From: a virus
DNA length: 64,000 bases
Reading direction: 5' to 3' (one strand)
Virus record (IMG/VR): IMGVR_UViG_3300020406_000005
Coordinates: 10,633 to 74,632 of that record
How positions within the stretch are numbered: position 1 is the first letter of the stretch; each line of letters opens with the position of its first letter. The notes below the pieces were generated by a model that saw only the letters and a list, made by a program, of their open reading frames with translations, had not been told where the DNA came from and ran no database searches. Of the stretch, positions 17,508 to 26,512 are shown piece by piece. Made by a program: the position numbers and the translations under genes.

Positions 17508-17787
17508 TTAATATCTTACTCTTTGATTGTGAATTTAGCTTATTAAAAATTTCTTCTGCAGATCCAAGAATAATTATTTCTTCCAATTTATTAAAATTAG
17601 AAATTTTTAAGAGAGAGAAGCTGTTGCCAGAATAGTTATGATTATCTTCAGATAACAAAAAATCCTTCACACCCCTATAGTCTGTAATACTTACTACATG
17701 ATCTGAGTTAACATACACTCGGTCTAACGAAATATTTCTCTTGTATCCTTCGTTTATAATATTCAGCTTTTTTAATTCTACTAACAT
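17500..17787 (-). CDS. hypothetical protein
   Basis: 95-aa ORF; VYVNSDHVVSI. Confidence 0.6.
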   Translation of the reverse strand: MLVELKKLNIINEGYKRNISLDRVYVNSDHVVSITDYRGVKDFLLSEDNHNYSGNSFSLLKISNFNKLEEIIILGSAEEIFNKLNSQSKSKILNG

Positions 17788-18057
17788 TTACGATCCTACA
17801 CTCTTTAGTACAAAGGCACCAATGAGACCTACAACAGTTGTGAAGAGGGTCCAAATCATTCTTGATGATGTATGTTTCCAGGACTCTAACTCTCTAAGTC
17901 TTGCATATAATCCCTGGTCGGGGTTATAGACTGCCTCTTTTATTTTTGCGATGTCTTCAGACATCTCTTCCTGTTTGCCCTGCAATACATCAATGCCGTT
18001 ACAAACTTTATCTATTTTAGATGTTAATTCTAATACGTGGTCTTGATTCTCCGACAT
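17788..18057 (-). CDS. coiled-coil plus C-terminal TM protein (possible holin)
   Basis: Heptad region followed by one TM helix; late-type motif upstream. Confidence 0.5.
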   Translation of the reverse strand: MSENQDHVLELTSKIDKVCNGIDVLQGKQEEMSEDIAKIKEAVYNPDQGLYARLRELESWKHTSSRMIWTLFTTVVGLIGAFVLKSVGS

Positions 18058-18087
18058 GAAAAAATCCCTCCGAAACTAAATAGTTTC

Positions 18088-19656
18088 TTATGAATCAACA
18101 ATACTATGGTTTGTCAATAAAAGAGTGCCGGCGACGGAGACCGCGTTCTTAAGTGCGCATCTAGTTACCTTAGCAGGGTCTATAATCCCAGATTGAATTA
18201 AGTTTTTACTGGAGCCGGAGTAAAAATCTATACCAGTTTCAAGTTCTTTGTCTTTTATCATCCACATAGTCACATCTGGTGACATTCCAGAGTTTGTTGC
18301 CATTGTTCTGAAGGGCGCTTCAAGAGCACGCTTGAAGATATTCAAGGCTGAAGCCTGCTCTTCGTTTTCAAAATTAGGAGATAAAATTTGTGAAGCTTTC
18401 AAGAACATGACACCGCCGCCAGGAACGACACCCTCGGACTGGGCAGAGCGCACTGCTTCTAGGGCATCTTCGATCCTATGCTTCTTCTCTATCATCTCTA
18501 CTTCAGAAGAAGCACCGACACGGATAATAGCAACCCCAGAAGAGAGGCGAGTAATACGATCCTGGAGTCGTTGTGCCACATGTAAGTCATCAATTTCTCT
18601 AATTTCGTTTTTGAGTTTGTCAATTGTTTCTTCAATTTTTTCAAAATTCCCATCTCCGTCTACAACAGTAGTCAAATTTTTACCGATCTCGATCGTAGCA
18701 GCTTTACCGAAATCTGTCAAGGCAACTTCGGTGATTTTGTCTCCCATAGATCTTTGAAAAAATTTAGCCCCCGTAGAAATTGCCAGATCACTCAATATGG
18801 CGCGCCGTTCTTCACCGTAACAAGGCGGTTTAACCGCAGCCACCTTCATTGAGCCTCTGACAGTATTCATAATTAGTGCCGCCAAAGCTTGACCGGCAAC
18901 TTCTTCAGCTACGATAACAAGAGGCCGGCTTTCCCGGGCGGCGATCTCTAAGGCAGGAAGTATTTGATTTACTTGATCTATCTTTTCGTCCGTGATAAGA
19001 AAAATAGGCCCGTCAAAACGACAAACATTTCTTCTCTCGTCTGTTACAAATGCAGTTGCGACATAGCCTCCATCAAATCTGAACCCTTCGACCAACTCCA
19101 AGCTAGTTTCTTGTGAACGGGCCTCTTCGATAGTGATGGAACCATTTTTCCCTACCTTGTCTACCGCAGTAGATACGAGTTCACCTATTGATCTGTCGTT
19201 ATTAGCTGAAATTGTTGCTATATTCATAACATCCTCCTTGGAAGAAATCGGCTTAGAATTGTCCGAAATAAACATCATCACGTCCTGCATACAGTTTTCT
19301 AGACCGCGCTTAATCTCGATGGGGGAGATGCCTGACTCTATATGTTTATTAGCCTGCACGAGCAATTCTCGCGCTAGGACTGTGCTTGTGGTTGTCCCGT
19401 CTCCGGCTTCAGAGTTTGTCATCGCTGACACCTGTTTTACAATCTGTGCACCAGCATTCATGTGCGGATCTTCAAAAGATATATTTTGCGCGACTGTGAC
19501 ACCATCTTTGGTCACAAAGGGAGTATTTCCTGATTTATGTATTAAAACGTTTTGCCCCTTGGGTCCCAGTGTGGTTGCAACATAGTTTGCTAAGACGTTT
19601 ACTCCCTCTATTAATTTACGGCGGAGGGCAGGGCCGTGGTCTAGGTGCGTTTTCAT
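18088..19656 (-). CDS. groEL: chaperonin GroEL
   Basis: TLGPKG, TKDGVTVA, GDGTTT, EDAL, GVVPGGG, GIIDP; no GGM tail. Confidence 0.97.
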   Translation of the reverse strand: MKTHLDHGPALRRKLIEGVNVLANYVATTLGPKGQNVLIHKSGNTPFVTKDGVTVAQNISFEDPHMNAGAQIVKQVSAMTNSEAGDGTTTSTVLARELLVQANKHIESGISPIEIKRGLENCMQDVMMFISDNSKPISSKEDVMNIATISANNDRSIGELVSTAVDKVGKNGSITIEEARSQETSLELVEGFRFDGGYVATAFVTDERRNVCRFDGPIFLITDEKIDQVNQILPALEIAARESRPLVIVAEEVAGQALAALIMNTVRGSMKVAAVKPPCYGEERRAILSDLAISTGAKFFQRSMGDKITEVALTDFGKAATIEIGKNLTTVVDGDGNFEKIEETIDKLKNEIREIDDLHVAQRLQDRITRLSSGVAIIRVGASSEVEMIEKKHRIEDALEAVRSAQSEGVVPGGGVMFLKASQILSPNFENEEQASALNIFKRALEAPFRTMATNSGMSPDVTMWMIKDKELETGIDFYSGSSKNLIQSGIIDPAKVTRCALKNAVSVAGTLLLTNHSIVDS

Positions 19657-19684
19657 AATAATTTCCTTTCAAAAGTACACGTAT

Positions 19685-19712
19685 ATTATACCATGATATC
19701 TTAAAATGTAAA
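19685..19712 (-). promoter_or_regulatory. sigma70-like promoter for groEL
   Basis: TTTACA-16 nt-TATAAT with TG extension. Confidence 0.55.
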
Positions 19713-19723
19713 GTATATTTTTA

Positions 19724-20200
19724 TTATTCTGAGGCTTTTGAGTCGTCTATTTCGCCTTGTTGAATATCGAATTCGGTCTCGATGGGCTTGATCACCCAAA
19801 TTACGACTAAGGAATTTTCTTCTCTAGATTGAGGAATTTGCCATGAATTAGCGAGATTGTTTAACTGCTTATTTTCTACGAACTGTGGGACTAATTTTAC
19901 ATCCGATGCCGATGCAAAATTTTCTAGGTGACTTTCAATTTCTGACTTCTTTATATTAGCATCGTAAAAGGATGCTAGTGTAACAGCATTAGCTTTTTCG
20001 CTCTCTGCAACTTGCTTGGAGGTGGGGTAGTTATCAAAAGACTGGAGAGTCGTAGATAAGTGTATCCTTGGCAGAAGGCTTTTCATATGGTCGAAGAGCT
20101 TACTTCCTACCTTTTGTTGCCTGGTTTCTTTAAAAAAGGGCTTCCTAGGAGAAAAACTTTCATTTAGAAAATTTTCCCAATTAGACATTATTCTCTTCAT
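19724..20200 (-). CDS. hypothetical, probable virion-internal protein
   Basis: N-terminal MKRIMSNWENFLNE. Confidence 0.6.
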   Translation of the reverse strand: MKRIMSNWENFLNESFSPRKPFFKETRQQKVGSKLFDHMKSLLPRIHLSTTLQSFDNYPTSKQVAESEKANAVTLASFYDANIKKSEIESHLENFASASDVKLVPQFVENKQLNNLANSWQIPQSREENSLVVIWVIKPIETEFDIQQGEIDDSKASE

Positions 20201-20201
20201 G

Positions 20202-21908
20202 CTATATCTCGTCCGAAGAAATAAAATCTGAATCTGGTGCTGAAGTGTCGGCGGTAATGTTTTCTTTCATCTGGTCTTGAATTGTTTCTGTGTGGCCGAT
20301 TGCTCTCTGGCCCGCATTCATTGCGGCGCCGCGTGATGGAAAAGTAACATATTTATTAATATCCTCCGTCAGTTCCGAAAACGCCTTGAATAAAACTTGA
20401 AACTTTTCTCTGACGGTATCCATATGCATCACTGCAACGTCGATGATTTGTTCTCTGCTTGCCGGTAGTGTGCCCAATTGTTGTAATTCAATAACTCCCC
20501 TGCTTGACAGAAATTCAACCTGCTTTGTGGATATCGTCCATCCTGTGGCGCCTTCAGACTTTTGCCTTTCCGAAACCTGACCTTTCTTAGGTGGCATCAG
20601 GTCACCGAGTTCTGCAAACATAGCATCATAGTCCATGCCGCGCTTTTTCTTGGCCGGCGTGGTAGCGTCGGAAACTTGATTATCATCTTCTTGAGGCGAA
20701 GAAGAGTCTGTGGCGGGTTGCTCCTGTTCTGGGTCCTCTTGGTCTTGAAACAACGGATTTCTAATTTTTCCAGTGTAGCCGGCGCAGTGTTGCAACAGTG
20801 TATAAAGCATTGTTGGATCGTCGAGGTGCGCTTTTAAAATTGCTATATCATCCGAAGAGTCTAAAACTTTCAGGTCCTTACCCGTTGTAAATCCCCTCTC
20901 GACTCTGCCAACTAATTCAGGAAAGCTAGCTAAAATTCTGTCCCTGAATTCTGATTTAAAAGTAAATTGACTTAAGCCGTGTTTCTTTTGCTTTGCGGAC
21001 TTCTCTCTTGTTTTCTTATCAATTATTTTGCCAGAGGTGAGGGTGAATAAATCAATAAAATTTCTTTGATTTATGTCAAAAGATTCTATGGAAATTGAAT
21101 CTACAGTTACCTTTCCGCCTTTTTTTGCGCTGCTATTCTTTCTAGCGACAACATAATTTACTGCGCCGCCTTTATCAGCATAATCGTCAAAGAGAGCATC
21201 TATCAAGTTGGTGAAGCTGCCCTCAACGTGTGTATCTGGGCTTAATAGCTTGAGACTCACGGGCACTTGTCCAGAGTCGTCCTTCAATTCTGAAAATGCG
21301 ATCAAATCTTGAATTGGAAGGTTTCCTTTATCGGATCTTTCTGCCTCTTGCCTACCCTGCAAGAGTGCTGCTAGCCACCCTTCAAAGACAAAGCCAGCTG
21401 AAGCTTCATTAAATGAATAGATCAAAGCAGACAGAGCTTCCAGAATCAACAGAGACGCGATGACTCTACGTGGTGATTCTATTTTGCTTGTCGGAGATGT
21501 AATCCTTTGTAAAAATTCTAATTTTTTTTGCACTGAGCGGCCTCCGCCCATGACAGCAAAAATTCTATTTATAGTCTTTCTATCTGCAGTTGTTGGATCT
21601 CCCCATGCTTCTGTTGGCACAAAAGAGGGTAGAGACAATATAAACTTTTCTGCTTCTTTTCTCTGTTTTTTTGTGACTTTTTCTTGAATACTGCTTTCAG
21701 TTATTAGATTGCTAATTCCGGAAAGGATCATTTCATCTAAAATTTTGTAATCATCTTCTTCTAAAGAGTTTTGTGATGAGCTTGTTCCAAGAATAGAAGG
21801 AGAGAGAGATTCGTAAACCTCCTCAAAAAGTTGAAATAAATCTTTCATTTCGGAAATAGCTTTATTTTTTTTCACGTTTTTAGATAAAAATTCTTCATGC
21901 CAAGACAT
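20202..21908 (-). CDS. hypothetical protein, possible PD-(D/E)xK-like domain
   Basis: GFVFEGWLA...IQDL...VSLK spacing. Confidence 0.55.
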   Translation of the reverse strand: MSWHEEFLSKNVKKNKAISEMKDLFQLFEEVYESLSPSILGTSSSQNSLEEDDYKILDEMILSGISNLITESSIQEKVTKKQRKEAEKFILSLPSFVPTEAWGDPTTADRKTINRIFAVMGGGRSVQKKLEFLQRITSPTSKIESPRRVIASLLILEALSALIYSFNEASAGFVFEGWLAALLQGRQEAERSDKGNLPIQDLIAFSELKDDSGQVPVSLKLLSPDTHVEGSFTNLIDALFDDYADKGGAVNYVVARKNSSAKKGGKVTVDSISIESFDINQRNFIDLFTLTSGKIIDKKTREKSAKQKKHGLSQFTFKSEFRDRILASFPELVGRVERGFTTGKDLKVLDSSDDIAILKAHLDDPTMLYTLLQHCAGYTGKIRNPLFQDQEDPEQEQPATDSSSPQEDDNQVSDATTPAKKKRGMDYDAMFAELGDLMPPKKGQVSERQKSEGATGWTISTKQVEFLSSRGVIELQQLGTLPASREQIIDVAVMHMDTVREKFQVLFKAFSELTEDINKYVTFPSRGAAMNAGQRAIGHTETIQDQMKENITADTSAPDSDFISSDEI

Positions 21909-21928
21909 AGTACATTCTCCTTTCTTAA

Positions 21929-22606
21929 TTAGATAATTTCATCAGCAATTCCCATTTTAATTGCTTCTTCTGCAGAGATGTACACATCTTTTTGTGTTTT
22001 TAACATCTTTTTAATTTTAGACGGAGTTAATTTTGTGTATGAGGAAAGACACTGTATATACCTTTCTTGCACCCATTTTATCTCCTCTAATTCATTTTCC
22101 ATCGAAAGTATCGTTCCACCGGTGCCTGACATGACGCTGTGTAACATAATCCTGCAGTTTTTGCCGACTCTTCGATGACCTTTTGTCCCGGCAGCCAGGA
22201 CTGGTACCCCGGCTGACATCACTTTTCCTATTCCATAAGTGTGAATGTCACATGTATTTTTCTTCACCATGTCCATGACGTCCAAAATAGAAAACATTTC
22301 TGATGCTGAGCCGCCGTATGTTGATACCATTAATGATATTGGGCGCGATATTACAACTTCCTCACTATCTGGGTCTTTTGAGTCTCTTCTGCCAATCGTA
22401 TGGGCAGTGTTCTCTAAAAACAATAGAGCGCCGACTGTATCGGAACCCTTTTTTTCAGTTATATCCCCGTACAAGTTTATAGTTCTTAGCTCTGGATCTT
22501 GGGAGCTTGGCGCCTGGATATTGTTAACTATTACTAGTTTTTGATCTTCTTTCTTTTTTGAAGACTTGCCCTTTTTCTTTTCTTTTTTTTCTTGAGATTT
22601 TGGCAT
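21929..22606 (-). CDS. clpP: Clp protease proteolytic subunit
   Basis: TYGGS, VMSAG (Ser), IMLH (His), KDVYISAEEA (Asp), GIADEI. Confidence 0.93.
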   Translation of the reverse strand: MPKSQEKKEKKKGKSSKKKEDQKLVIVNNIQAPSSQDPELRTINLYGDITEKKGSDTVGALLFLENTAHTIGRRDSKDPDSEEVVISRPISLMVSTYGGSASEMFSILDVMDMVKKNTCDIHTYGIGKVMSAGVPVLAAGTKGHRRVGKNCRIMLHSVMSGTGGTILSMENELEEIKWVQERYIQCLSSYTKLTPSKIKKMLKTQKDVYISAEEAIKMGIADEII

Positions 22607-22634
22607 ACTTTTCCCTTTTCGCTTAGTTTATCAT

Positions 22635-22663
22635 ATTATAGCAAATTTTTTAGAAATAGTCAA
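22635..22663 (-). promoter_or_regulatory. sigma70-like promoter for clpP
   Basis: TTGACT-17 nt-TATAAT with TG extension. Confidence 0.75.
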
Positions 22664-22668
22664 CAAAT

Positions 22669-22695
22669 AAAAAACCCCGCAGTAAGCGGGGTTTT
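22669..22695 (-). terminator. intrinsic terminator
   Basis: AAAACCCCGC/GCGGGGTTTT stem followed by U-tract. Confidence 0.85.
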
Positions 22696-22723
22696 GTTTA
22701 TCCTAATAGCAGACTAGGAAACC

Positions 22724-23311
22724 TTACTTGCTCTTCTTTGCAAGTATTCTTTTTGTAACCCTCTTGAGAACTTCTTGTACAAGATCTTCTTGCATCACCG
22801 GATTGTCATAGCTCTTTGCGGCCATATCATCTTCTTCACCAGCGCCTTCGAGATCATCATCCATACCGGCCATATCGTCGTCCATGTCACTCATGTCGTC
22901 GTCCATGTCCCCCATGTCATCGTCGCTTGCCATGGCGGCGGTTAGCCTCTCACCAAGATCAATTAGCAACTGAGCTTCTTCTTCTGTGAGGCTAATATCT
23001 GCAGCGCCAGGGCCCTCATCTCCCATCATTGGCTCTTCGGCCGGGTCGTCGAGGTCGTCTTCAAGATCAAGGTCGTCGTCACCTTCTTCCTGTTCTTCGA
23101 TGGCCTCTTCTTCCTGTTCTTCGATGGTCTCTTCTTCCTGTTCTTCGAGGGTCTCTTCAGCTTCAGCTTCAGAATTCTCCTTTACTTCGTCTTCTTCGTG
23201 CTTTTTATAAACACTCATTTCAGAGATAAAGTTATCTGTTAAAGATTCAACATTTGCAAGTTTCATGAATCTTCTGATTGTGTTTTCTTTTAGTAATCTG
23301 CTATCACTCAT
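22724..23311 (-). CDS. highly acidic protein, scaffold or core-like
   Basis: Tandem EEQEEE and DDMxDM repeats; basic C-terminal helix. Confidence 0.7.
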   Translation of the reverse strand: MSDSRLLKENTIRRFMKLANVESLTDNFISEMSVYKKHEEDEVKENSEAEAEETLEEQEEETIEEQEEEAIEEQEEGDDDLDLEDDLDDPAEEPMMGDEGPGAADISLTEEEAQLLIDLGERLTAAMASDDDMGDMDDDMSDMDDDMAGMDDDLEGAGEEDDMAAKSYDNPVMQEDLVQEVLKRVTKRILAKKSK

Positions 23312-23382
23312 TTTTTATAGTTCTCCTTTTCAGAATAGTGATTATGGGTATCTGTTACAAATATAAATAGTTATTGGCTGTG

Positions 23383-23625
23383 TTAAAAGTCAGTTTTTAT
23401 TCTCTTATAAAGTTTTGCGAGAGCCTGCTTTTCAATTTGAGAAATTCTAACTAGTGATACCTTCAGCCTTTTGGCTACCTGTTCAAGTGTCATTGGGCCA
23501 TGTTTTTCAATGGCGACGTTGATACAATTATCATCTTCTGGATAATCAATCCAGCACCTGCAGTCGTCTTCGTTACAGCACTTTCTTCTTTTGCTATTAT
23601 TCATCAGTACTCGCTTCTGACTCAA
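23383..23625 (-). CDS. sigma70 region-4 HTH protein with Cys-rich N-terminus
   Basis: MTLEQVAKRLKVSLVRISQIEKQALAKL; CCNEDDCRC...NC; exact start uncertain. Confidence 0.75.
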   Translation of the reverse strand: MSQKRVLMNNSKRRKCCNEDDCRCWIDYPEDDNCINVAIEKHGPMTLEQVAKRLKVSLVRISQIEKQALAKLYKRIKTDF

Positions 23626-23914
23626 TCATATCAAAAATGTAATCTCTTTCTTGATCTGATATTCCCAGATCTGCAAGCAAAGTTTTTCCTTTTGCTGTAT
23701 CAATTTTCGATTTTTTTATTTTTTTGTGGCTCATTTTTTTCTCCTTTATTTTATCCACTATCTCTAACATAAGGGGCTCTCTGTCTAAATAATAATCTAA
23801 AAGAGAGCAAAAAAATTCTGTCTGCTGAAGGCCGTCAAAACGAAGTCGTATCTTCAAGTCTGCGGATTGTTTTTCGTGACATTTAAAAACAAAATTTACT
23901 AGATTATCTTTCAT
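23597..23914 (-). CDS. hypothetical protein
   Basis: 105-aa ORF. Confidence 0.65.
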   Translation of the reverse strand: MKDNLVNFVFKCHEKQSADLKIRLRFDGLQQTEFFCSLLDYYLDREPLMLEIVDKIKEKKMSHKKIKKSKIDTAKGKTLLADLGISDQERDYIFDMIESEASTDE

Positions 23915-23922
23915 ACTATTCT

Positions 23923-24990
23923 TTAATTTAAAATATGAGTCTTACTCTCAAGCATAGAGGCTCCCGTTTGTCTAATAAATTTTGCTCGGTGTTGGAAATC
24001 TCTTATATTTTTGGTCCCCGTATAGGACAAGCCCGATTTAATATTCTGCCTCAGGTTTAATAAAATTTTATTTACTGAGCCTTTGAATGGTATAGTTGTC
24101 GAAACCCCTTCCAGGGAGCGGGTCTCTCCCCTCCAGCTAATTTGTGCTTCGGGTGATGCCATACCTCGGTAAACTTTGTATTCTTTCCCTTCAGCACTAG
24201 CAAATTTTTGACCAGGAGTTTCGCTTGTGCCAGCCAACATTGATCCTAACATAACCATTTCTGCGCCTGCGGCGATGGCTTTTACAATATCTCCAGCTGT
24301 CTTTATCCCTCCATCTGCAATTAGTGTAGCAGAACGATCAGATTGAGCACAATCGAAAATACTTTGCAAAGTTGGAACTCCGTGTCCGGTTTGAATCCTT
24401 GTAGAACAGATTGAGCCGCCTCCGATGCCAACTCTGATAGAGTCTGCGCCCCAGTCTGATAAGTCGTTAAACGCTTCTAAGGTTGCAACATTTCCAGCCA
24501 TTAAGTGTACTGATGTGCCGAAAGCATCTTTTAGATTGTTGAGTGCAGACTTCATAAGAGAGTGGTGGCCATGAGCAATATCGACGCATAAAATACGTGT
24601 TCCTGACGCGTGTAATGCGCGTGCTCTTTCCATGTAGTCTCCAGAAGCGCCGATGGCCGCGGCTGCTTTATCTTTAGCGTGATGATTCTCCATGAGCAGA
24701 TTCTCAGTAATTCTTGAAACAATGCCTGCCTGGTCTTTGATACTGTTATATCTGTGTACCACCCCTAAGCCACCAAACTTTAACATGGCGTTTGCCATAG
24801 CACTTTCAGTCACAGTATCCATCGGACTTGATACTATAGGTAAGTCGAAAGGAATATTGCCTAAGCTGGTTTTTAAGCTAATCTCTTCTCTAGATTTAAT
24901 TGAACTTTTGGCTGGCTTAAGCAGCACATCATCAAAACAAATGGCTTCTTCAAGTTTTTCCACTGGGTACCTCTTCGTGTTTTCCTTCAT
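23923..24990 (-). CDS. guaB: IMP dehydrogenase / GMP reductase family, no CBS domains
   Basis: [43 protein letters not shown]. Confidence 0.9.
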   Translation of the reverse strand: MKENTKRYPVEKLEEAICFDDVLLKPAKSSIKSREEISLKTSLGNIPFDLPIVSSPMDTVTESAMANAMLKFGGLGVVHRYNSIKDQAGIVSRITENLLMENHHAKDKAAAAIGASGDYMERARALHASGTRILCVDIAHGHHSLMKSALNNLKDAFGTSVHLMAGNVATLEAFNDLSDWGADSIRVGIGGGSICSTRIQTGHGVPTLQSIFDCAQSDRSATLIADGGIKTAGDIVKAIAAGAEMVMLGSMLAGTSETPGQKFASAEGKEYKVYRGMASPEAQISWRGETRSLEGVSTTIPFKGSVNKILLNLRQNIKSGLSYTGTKNIRDFQHRAKFIRQTGASMLESKTHILN

Positions 24991-25201
24991 TATAGCAACT
25001 AGAGCAAATCAAGTCAATATTATTTGACTGTTGATTAATTCTCCAATCATCTATTTTCTCTCCCTCTTCGGGTTGGCGTCTGCAAATTGAGCACATGACT
25101 TGTTTTTTAAAATTTTCCATAGTCTTTTTGAAATGTTTCATAAAAACTTTTCTTGACTTTGCTAGATTTCTTCTTTTAAGCTTTCTAGAAAAACCACCCA
25201 T
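24950..25201 (-). CDS. hypothetical Zn-finger protein
   Basis: CSIC...CSSC. Confidence 0.65.
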   Translation of the reverse strand: MGGFSRKLKRRNLAKSRKVFMKHFKKTMENFKKQVMCSICRRQPEEGEKIDDWRINQQSNNIDLICSSCYNEGKHEEVPSGKT

Positions 25202-25659
25202 TATGAATCTCCTGTTGAGCCAAGTGCGCCGGCACCCCTAGATGTATCCCCTTCATAAAGAACATCCTCCATAATCTCGCAAAGATCTGGTTTCTGAATC
25301 TTTATGAAAACGCCCTGGGCGATTTTCTGCCCTGACTCAACAAAATTTGTCTTTGTACCTATGTTGTGGAGATTTACAAAGATCTCTCCTGTATACCCTT
25401 CGTCTACGACGCAAGCCCCAGTAATCAAACTGCGCTTGCTAGCAATTCCTGATTTGTTCATAATCTGTAACATATGATCTTGGGGAACCTCCATTTTAAT
25501 GCCCGTTGGCAATAAGACACTTTGTCCCGGCTCGATGGCCAAAGTTGATGGCTTTTCCGGACAGTAAAAAAAATCTATCCCTGCATCTGTCGGATGTGCA
25601 CGCTTTGGAATCTTTGCATTCTCGTGAACTTTAAAAACCTTTACTTTATTGTCTACCAT
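25201..25659 (-). CDS. dut: dUTPase
   Basis: DAGID, KSG, VVDEGYTGE, KIAQ, RGAGALGSTG. Confidence 0.96.
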   Translation of the reverse strand: MVDNKVKVFKVHENAKIPKRAHPTDAGIDFFYCPEKPSTLAIEPGQSVLLPTGIKMEVPQDHMLQIMNKSGIASKRSLITGACVVDEGYTGEIFVNLHNIGTKTNFVESGQKIAQGVFIKIQKPDLCEIMEDVLYEGDTSRGAGALGSTGDS

Positions 25660-25663
25660 AATA

Positions 25664-26311
25664 TCAACATACTCCTTTGTTTGTCAAGTCTTTTTCTTCC
25701 AAGAGAGTGTAAGTAAAGCTGTTACCCCACTTATCTCTTGCATCTGAACACGTCTCCATAAACTCTGAGAAATCTACACTACTTTGGAATACTTGACACC
25801 CTGCTGAGGCGCCGCCGGTGTTAATCCTGGCGGTTGAGCCGCGGTGTTTGTGAATATTGATTCCATACCAGCCGACATCCTCTTGGCCATGGTAATCTGG
25901 CTTTATGTCCCTATTGTTGTCTCTCCAGACCTTTACTTGACCCCCTCTTTGACATAGGGCCATGTGTCCTCGGTCTCTGCTTCCATGCCATCCAATTTTG
26001 TACACGCCCCTATACTGGCTTGGCACTAAAATTGCAGTTCCTTTGTGCTCGACCTCCTTTAAGGGTCTTTTCAATATTGAGGTTCCAGGTTCAGTTGTCA
26101 CTGGATATGTATCGCATGTCCATTCCCCAGAAATTTTATATAGTACACTAATAAAATCATCAAACTTAGATGCATCTCCAGAGGCGTTTCGAACACCAAT
26201 GATATTTAAATTGTAATCGCCATTTTCAAAAAAAGCGAAGCCCTTATCTTGTAAGATTTTTTTATATTGTTCGGCTAATAACTTAGCGGCTAATCCTGAA
26301 GTTCTACTCAT
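25664..26311 (-). CDS. L,D-transpeptidase (YkuD)-like protein, possible peptidoglycan enzyme
   Basis: GINIH...SAGCQV His/Cys motif. Confidence 0.55.
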   Translation of the reverse strand: MSRTSGLAAKLLAEQYKKILQDKGFAFFENGDYNLNIIGVRNASGDASKFDDFISVLYKISGEWTCDTYPVTTEPGTSILKRPLKEVEHKGTAILVPSQYRGVYKIGWHGSRDRGHMALCQRGGQVKVWRDNNRDIKPDYHGQEDVGWYGINIHKHRGSTARINTGGASAGCQVFQSSVDFSEFMETCSDARDKWGNSFTYTLLEEKDLTNKGVC

Positions 26312-26487
26312 CGATATCTCCTAGTTTCTTCTTTCTCTACCTTGACGATCTCCCAAGAGTACCCAAGTAGTCGACGCTCCCTATAAGCAGCACTACAAGC
26401 CTCTGGGAAAGAGAGGTGTCTCACCATTTTTGTTTTTATTTCTTTGCTTTCTTTATTTTCAAAGAAAATTGAATAATTTTTTTCCAT
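26308..26487 (-). CDS. hypothetical 59-aa protein
   Basis: MEKIIQFSLK...; AGGAG RBS; ATGA overlap; below ORF-track cutoff. Confidence 0.6.
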   Translation of the reverse strand: MEKNYSIFFENKESKEIKTKMVRHLSFPEACSAAYRERRLLGYSWEIVKVEKEETRRYR

Positions 26488-26512
26488 AAATCTATTTACT
26501 CCTTTTTGTCTA

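Noticed and set aside
22850-23170. Short tandem repeats in the acidic gene
   Set aside because: In-frame low-complexity coding repeats (EEQEEE, DDMxDM), not an independent element.
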